From contig JALTGF010000052.1 of the NCBI GenBank assembly GCA_027077325.1, positions 1-34,402 of the forward strand: a DNA stretch of 34,402 bases, given 5' to 3'. Position 1 is the stretch's first letter, and each line of letters starts with the position of its first letter. Under the pieces are notes generated by a model that saw only the letters and a program-made list of their open reading frames with translations, did not search any database and was not told the origin of the DNA. This document shows, in pieces, positions 29,530-34,402 of the stretch. The position numbers and the translations under genes were made by a program. The DNA is from an archaeon (lineage in GTDB: Archaea > Undinarchaeota > Undinarchaeia > Undinarchaeales > JALTGF01).

Positions 29530-30056
29530 TTTTAATTATCGACATGAACCAAAAGGAAAATTCTCTCGCATTTTCTGAATTCGTGGAGCCGATTGTTTCA
29601 CTTGCCGGGAACTGTGAAGTAAGGCATTACTTAAACTTGCCACAGGACTTTAGCAACTATGAAAAAGTAGTCCTCTGCGGCGCGCCTTTAAAAGATGTTG
29701 CTTATCTTGACCATTTGGAAAAGTTTCAATGGCTGAAAACTTTTAAAGGAAGCGTCCTTGGAATTTGCGCCGGTGTGCAGGTGATTGCGCTTGTTTTTGG
29801 CTCCTCTGTAAAAAAGTGCACAGAAATTGGAATGACTGAAATTGAAACATTAAAAGAAAACCCCTTGTTTTCCTCAAAGTTTAAGGCGTACGAGCTTCAC
29901 AACCTATCATTTGAGCCATCTGAAAGTTTTGAAGTCCTTGCAAAATCAGAAAAATGCGCCCAGGCAATAAAGCACAAGAAAAAGGAAATTTACGGGGTTT
30001 TGTTTCATCCAGAGGTTAGGAATAAGGGAGTGATTAGGGGGTTTGTGAATTTGTGA
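29526..30056 (+). CDS. Class I glutamine amidotransferase (stand-alone)
   Basis: Nucleophile elbow LGICAGVQ and GVLFHPE give an intact Cys-His-Glu triad; ATGA overlap with dph6. Confidence 0.87.
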   Translation: MILIIDMNQKENSLAFSEFVEPIVSLAGNCEVRHYLNLPQDFSNYEKVVLCGAPLKDVAYLDHLEKFQWLKTFKGSVLGICAGVQVIALVFGSSVKKCTEIGMTEIETLKENPLFSSKFKAYELHNLSFEPSESFEVLAKSEKCAQAIKHKKKEIYGVLFHPEVRNKGVIRGFVNL

Positions 30057-30133
30057 GGCGCAGGTAATAACTGTGATCAAGAGTAAACTCTTTCAGAAAA
30101 ATTTTCTATCTTTCCCGCCGCCCAAAGATTTTT

Positions 30134-31186
30134 CTAACGGGTGAGCGTTCTTTTATTTTTAAATTCTATTTTTCTAGCATATCTTATATTTTCTAATTGT
30201 AATTCTGCTGTTTTTAGAAGTTCATCAAAAGTAATAATTCTTATATGGGGTCTTAAATGCCTATTCCATTCATCAATCCATTTAATCTGTTCCTTATCTA
30301 ATTTGTAGCCAATCACAATATAACCAACAGGTGCCTGAATTTTATAAACTCCTGCTGTGCTGTATTCACTATATACATCTGACATTCTCATATACATAAT
30401 TAATTGATTAAGACCTTCAGCAAGTTCGTTAGTAATATGTAATCTTCCATCTTCTTTTTTCTTAAAAAATGGCTTGAGATTTGGACTTTTGAATTCAAAA
30501 ATTTTGTTTTCTCCAAGATCTGTTTTAATGTGCAAGTCAATAGCAAGTTGGGGATCTACTTCTTTTTCTTTTGCTTTTACTTCGCAATCAATACCAAGAA
30601 CCCACCTATTTTCTCTTATCTTCTTTTTTATCTCGGTTTCATTTCGTTTATTGTTTTTGTAAGAATCTTCTATTTTATTTTCTAATTCCTTTAAAGCTTT
30701 TTCATAATCTTCTAATTTGTTGATAATTTCTTTCGCTAATTCTAATTCATTCTCTTTTCTATTTAATTTTTCTTTCAACTCTTGAATATGCTGCTCCTTT
30801 GTTATTTGTTCGCTTCTCAATTCTTGTAGTTCTTTTTCTAGTTCTTGTTCTTGTTTTTTATAATATTCAAGTTCTTCTGCAATATCCGATATTTCCTTGC
30901 CCCAGATTTGAGATACAAATCTCCTCAATGTTTTGTAAAGCCAATTAAACCACTCCTTTAAATTAATGCTTTTAGGAATCCACACCCCGGGATGATGCTC
31001 TTTAAAATATGGTTGTGTTTTGGCAGTTCTTATTTTAATTCCTTCGTAATCATTTGAATTTTTGCTTATAGAAACTTGGGTAACAAAAGAATCATCTGAC
31101 CATTTTTCTGAATCTATATCTTTAATATACTCTAGTTTAGAAAAATCGTCTCTTCTTGATTTTTTCTTCTTATCTTTCCTAATCAT
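30134..31186 (-). CDS. Shedu (SduA/DUF4263)-like nuclease with a central coiled coil
   Basis: C-terminal ID...IFEFKSP...GLNQL..Y...YIVIG...IRIITFDELL fits the DUF4263 pattern; ~80-aa coiled coil in the middle. Confidence 0.72.
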   Translation of the reverse strand: MIRKDKKKKSRRDDFSKLEYIKDIDSEKWSDDSFVTQVSISKNSNDYEGIKIRTAKTQPYFKEHHPGVWIPKSINLKEWFNWLYKTLRRFVSQIWGKEISDIAEELEYYKKQEQELEKELQELRSEQITKEQHIQELKEKLNRKENELELAKEIINKLEDYEKALKELENKIEDSYKNNKRNETEIKKKIRENRWVLGIDCEVKAKEKEVDPQLAIDLHIKTDLGENKIFEFKSPNLKPFFKKKEDGRLHITNELAEGLNQLIMYMRMSDVYSEYSTAGVYKIQAPVGYIVIGYKLDKEQIKWIDEWNRHLRPHIRIITFDELLKTAELQLENIRYARKIEFKNKRTLTR

Positions 31187-31197
31187 CTTTTATCATC

Positions 31198-33732
31198 TTA
31201 AGTGACAATATTTCCAAACTCTTCTCTCAATTTATGAATTTCAGAAACAGCCGCCCATTTTTTATAAAAAGCATCTTTTATTCTTTTACTTATTTTTAAT
31301 CTTTGATTTCTATTCTTTGCTATTGGCAAATACAACTCTTTCCAACGATCACCAATATTAGGCAAAGTTGTCTCGATAAATATTTTATTGTATAGCTGTT
31401 GTTGTGTTAGTTCATGAGATAATAAATAAATTAGATAATATGGGTTTATGTCCCATCTATTTTTTTCATTTATCACTCTTAAAACAAGCAATTCTCTAGT
31501 TAGAAGTACTTGTTTGTCATAAGGAGAGACCATAGCAACTGTACCTATCCTGTAACTGCCTCTTCTAACAAATATTAGATCTCTTTCTCGTAAATCAACG
31601 CCGTTTTTACCTTTAATTTTTTGATACACATGAAAGGGTATTAAAGATGTTGGATCTTTATAAAGTTCCCAATTAACTATATCTTTTACTCGGATATATG
31701 GTATCTCCCCTCTGCCTTTAAATTTACCTGGTGGTGAACCATGCCCATCAAAAGCTACAATTATCTTATTTTTCAATAATTCTTTTATTTGAATAAGTTC
31801 CAATCCTTGTTTCTCTGCTGCTTTTTTAAGTTCTTCCTCTCTTCTTTTCCAGTAATATCGTGGTACATAAGTATCGTGTTTAATCTCCTCTTTGCCTATA
31901 ACAAAAACATTATGGTTATTCTTATTCTCTGGATCTTTAATTTCTTTTCTAATTATAACTGTATCATCCCACAACTCATTGGTAAATTTTTGTTTTTCAT
32001 AATCAAAACGATAAATTAGTTTACCATTGTGATCGTGTCCCACCTCTTCAGCAACAGCCATTATTATTTTATCTTGTTGAGGCACATTTTTCTGAAGAAC
32101 TAATAACATTGTTTTTGCGTTACAATTTGGTCTAAATGTGTTATGAGCCAAATCAATTATTGCCTTGATATTATGTTTTTTTATAAATCCCAGTATATAC
32201 CTACTCTGTGGGGCATGGAAATATGTCTCTGGAAGAACGATACCTAAAATACCACCATCCTTGAGAAAATGTAAACATCTTTCAATAAATAAAACCTGTG
32301 GTTCTTCAGTTTCTTTTAAAATATTCGTTCTTTCAAATCGATCTTCTTCTTTTTTCCATTTATAAGCTAAGTCAAATTGCTTTAATTTTTCCTCACCTTC
32401 TACTTTAATTTTAGAACCGAAAGGCGGATTTGTTAAAACGATATCAAACATTTCAAATTTTATTTTTTCTCTAGTTTTACTCTTCCAATTTTTTGAGTTA
32501 TCAAGGCTATCCTCACAAAATACTCCACCTTTTCCGTCACCAATTATGGCCATGTAAGCTTTCGTCACTTTTGATAAGAAATAATCTTTATCAATTCCTC
32601 TAAAGTTTTCATTAGCTACTCTATTTTTTTCTCTTTCTATTTCATAAGGTGACCATCCATATTTTTGTCCTTCTTGTTCTACCTTTTTCCATACATATCG
32701 TAAACTATCTACCAAAAAACCACCACTTCCACAAGCAGGATCTAAAATTAAATCTTCGGGGGAAGGATCTATGACCTCTACAAGCGTTTGTATGACATTT
32801 CTCGGAGTAAAAAATTGTCCTTGAGAACCTTTGAGAGCTGGTCCAATAAAGGTTTCAAACGCATCAGCTATAACATCTCTTTCTGCTTCTAGCAAACAGA
32901 AATTTTGTAATTCTCCAACGGTATATGCTATTGATTTAGCATCTAATGTTATCTTATCGTCGGGATCTATGACTTCTTTATACTTTCCTTTAACACCATA
33001 ATAGAAGGGATCGCTTTTATCTAAAGTCTTATCTCCCTCAAAAATTTTTATAATCCGTTCTTTGATTTTTTTTGGATCTTCTCCCACTCCTGCCCTGAAT
33101 TTTACTATATCGTCAGGTTTAGTAAATTTTTCATCAAATATTTTACAAAAGATTATATTGATAAGTTGTTGAGCAAATACTTCGTCTCTTGTCACTCCAA
33201 CTGCCATCCCTGCCAAATAATTTCTCATCGCTTGAAAAACGAATTTTAAATTGTGAGATTTTTCCAGATCTCTTCTCTTAAATTTTCCTATATCTTCGAT
33301 TCTTTGACCAGCTTTTGGTATATTAGGTATCTCCTCAAAATAAACTTTACCTTTTTTTTCAATTTTTTTCAAGAATAGTCTTTCCTTACTATTAAACCAC
33401 ACTCCAAGAGGTGCTTCAGAAAATCTTAGATAATCTTGTAATTGTGATTTACCATCCTTTCTATTTTTCTTTTTACATTCAACAACTATCCATAGATTTT
33501 CATCAGATTTTTTATCTGATTTAAATACTGCAATATCCACTGGATATTCTTTTTTCTTATCGGAAGGTCTGGCTTTTACTCTCCACTGTGGATGTGTTTG
33601 TATTTGGGATTTTTTGTATCCATAATCTTCTACTAAAGTTCTAGCAAAAACTTGTACAGCTTCAACTTCTTCAGGAGTTGCTTTTACTTCTTGGTCTGAT
33701 ATAAAATCCTTAATATATCCTTCTTTAGTCAT
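31198..33732 (-). CDS. Fused restriction endonuclease / N6-adenine methyltransferase / TRD (type IIG-like)
   Basis: N-terminal TPEE...VDIAVF...VECK (HsdR_N-like PD-(D/E)xK); GQFFTPR, LDPACGSGGFL, NPPF; one C-terminal HsdS-like TRD (IPYIRVKDI...DLIFVRRG..IG). Confidence 0.9.
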   Translation of the reverse strand: MTKEGYIKDFISDQEVKATPEEVEAVQVFARTLVEDYGYKKSQIQTHPQWRVKARPSDKKKEYPVDIAVFKSDKKSDENLWIVVECKKKNRKDGKSQLQDYLRFSEAPLGVWFNSKERLFLKKIEKKGKVYFEEIPNIPKAGQRIEDIGKFKRRDLEKSHNLKFVFQAMRNYLAGMAVGVTRDEVFAQQLINIIFCKIFDEKFTKPDDIVKFRAGVGEDPKKIKERIIKIFEGDKTLDKSDPFYYGVKGKYKEVIDPDDKITLDAKSIAYTVGELQNFCLLEAERDVIADAFETFIGPALKGSQGQFFTPRNVIQTLVEVIDPSPEDLILDPACGSGGFLVDSLRYVWKKVEQEGQKYGWSPYEIEREKNRVANENFRGIDKDYFLSKVTKAYMAIIGDGKGGVFCEDSLDNSKNWKSKTREKIKFEMFDIVLTNPPFGSKIKVEGEEKLKQFDLAYKWKKEEDRFERTNILKETEEPQVLFIERCLHFLKDGGILGIVLPETYFHAPQSRYILGFIKKHNIKAIIDLAHNTFRPNCNAKTMLLVLQKNVPQQDKIIMAVAEEVGHDHNGKLIYRFDYEKQKFTNELWDDTVIIRKEIKDPENKNNHNVFVIGKEEIKHDTYVPRYYWKRREEELKKAAEKQGLELIQIKELLKNKIIVAFDGHGSPPGKFKGRGEIPYIRVKDIVNWELYKDPTSLIPFHVYQKIKGKNGVDLRERDLIFVRRGSYRIGTVAMVSPYDKQVLLTRELLVLRVINEKNRWDINPYYLIYLLSHELTQQQLYNKIFIETTLPNIGDRWKELYLPIAKNRNQRLKISKRIKDAFYKKWAAVSEIHKLREEFGNIVT

Positions 33733-33880
33733 ATTCTCTACCTATTTTAATTTTCTCTAATTCTTTTTTCATAAACATTTCAACTTGTTTAGACAAAATA
33801 ATTCCTCTCTCATCACAATATTTTTTATATTCATCATAAATTTTCTCATCAACACTTAACGATACAGTTTTTCTTCCCAT
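33725..33880 (-). CDS. Small ribbon-helix-helix (CopG/MetJ-like) DNA-binding protein, 51 aa
   Basis: MGRKTVSLSVDEKIYDEYKKYCDERGIILSKQVEMFMKKELEKIKIGREYD; GAGGGG RBS; overlaps the RM gene start by 8 nt; below the ORF-track cutoff. Confidence 0.78.
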   Translation of the reverse strand: MGRKTVSLSVDEKIYDEYKKYCDERGIILSKQVEMFMKKELEKIKIGREYD

Positions 33881-34182
33881 TTTAACCCCTCATTTATCAT
33901 TATATAAGTTTAAATGTATCCATTTAAATATTTTTTTAAGAGCCAGCGCTTTGCTTCTCCTTGCTTATAGCTTTTTACAGAAAAAGTAGCCGAGCGCTTC
34001 TTCCCTTATTCTTTCCGGAACTTTGAGTAGGCAGTGCCTGCAATATATTACTCTTCCTTTTTTAATTTGCTTTAGGGATACAGAGTTCTCCCCCTTGCAA
34101 AAGGGGCACACATACCTATATTTCCAACCCATTTTCCTGTAGTCTTCAATCCCGCTTTTCCCACCAAGATGTTAATGTTTAA

Positions 34183-34382
34183 AGCCCCGAGGGAGAGTTG
34201 AACTCCCGACCTCCTGTTTGCTTGAGCCTTATGCGAGCGCGCTTGCGCGCGAGCCATGCTATCTCGCGAAGCGAGTGTAGCATATTTTTCGCCAGCCTTT
34301 TCAGGATGGCGCAAGCACTTACCCGTTCACATGTTAAAAGGCTGTACAAGACAGGCGCTCTAGCCAGCTGAGCTATCGAGGC
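34183..34382 (-). tRNA. tRNA-Thr(TGT) with a long 126-nt canonical 37/38 intron (34219-34344)
   Basis: Acceptor GCCTCGA/TCGGGGC; CCTGT-CTTGTA|intron|A-ACAGG; strict BHB CTTG:CAAG with bulges TA|C and CA|A, flanked by AGCCTT:AAGGCT; GGGAG-TTCAACT-CTCCC. Confidence 0.93.
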
Positions 34383-34402
34383 AATATCTTGTCTAATTAT
34401 TA

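Noticed and set aside
30055-34183. Intact integrated element with attL/attR around the defence islet
   Set aside because: No integrase and no convincing tRNA-Thr 3' duplicate were found; tgaggcgc at ~30054 matches the tRNA-Ser end over only 8 nt.
34072-34314. 80-aa ORF as an intron-encoded protein or homing endonuclease
   Set aside because: It runs through the tRNA-Thr 3' exon, has no LAGLIDADG or HNH motif, and the intron is only 126 nt.

Overview
Archaeal chromosome segment, probably DPANN-type (inferred from split RpoA'/A'' and RpoB''/B', the archaeal tuf/fus cluster, no rpl30e in the rpo operon, and intron-rich tRNAs). From left to right it holds the 5' ~4 kb of a large repetitive secreted surface protein that the ORF track missed because it runs off the window, tRNA-Phe, and several small genes (Lrp C-terminal domain, coiled-coil protein, two CPBP-family paralogs, HAD hydrolase). 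Next come tRNA-Ser, a SWIM-finger gene and the rpoH-rpoB''-rpoB'-rpoA'-rpoA''-nusA-rps12-rps7-EF2-EF1a-rps10 cluster. These are followed by tRNA-Lys, tRNA-Asp, 5S rRNA, an APC permease, a GNAT, tRNA-Tyr, a glycosylation cluster, a dph6 + glutamine amidotransferase pair, and an AT-rich defence islet (RHH + type IIG-like RM fusion + Shedu-like nuclease) beside tRNA-Thr. The most unusual signal is non-coding. Five of six tRNAs carry BHB introns, three of them at T-loop position 59/60. Two of those three (Phe, Ser) are followed by ~100-bp units, each made of a unique hairpin plus a copy of the tRNA 3' end, and the best-preserved copies start at the intron 3' splice site. A shared CACTCGC-NNN-GCGAG hairpin recurs in two tRNA introns and in one array unit. 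All alignments and folds were done by eye; no searches were run.
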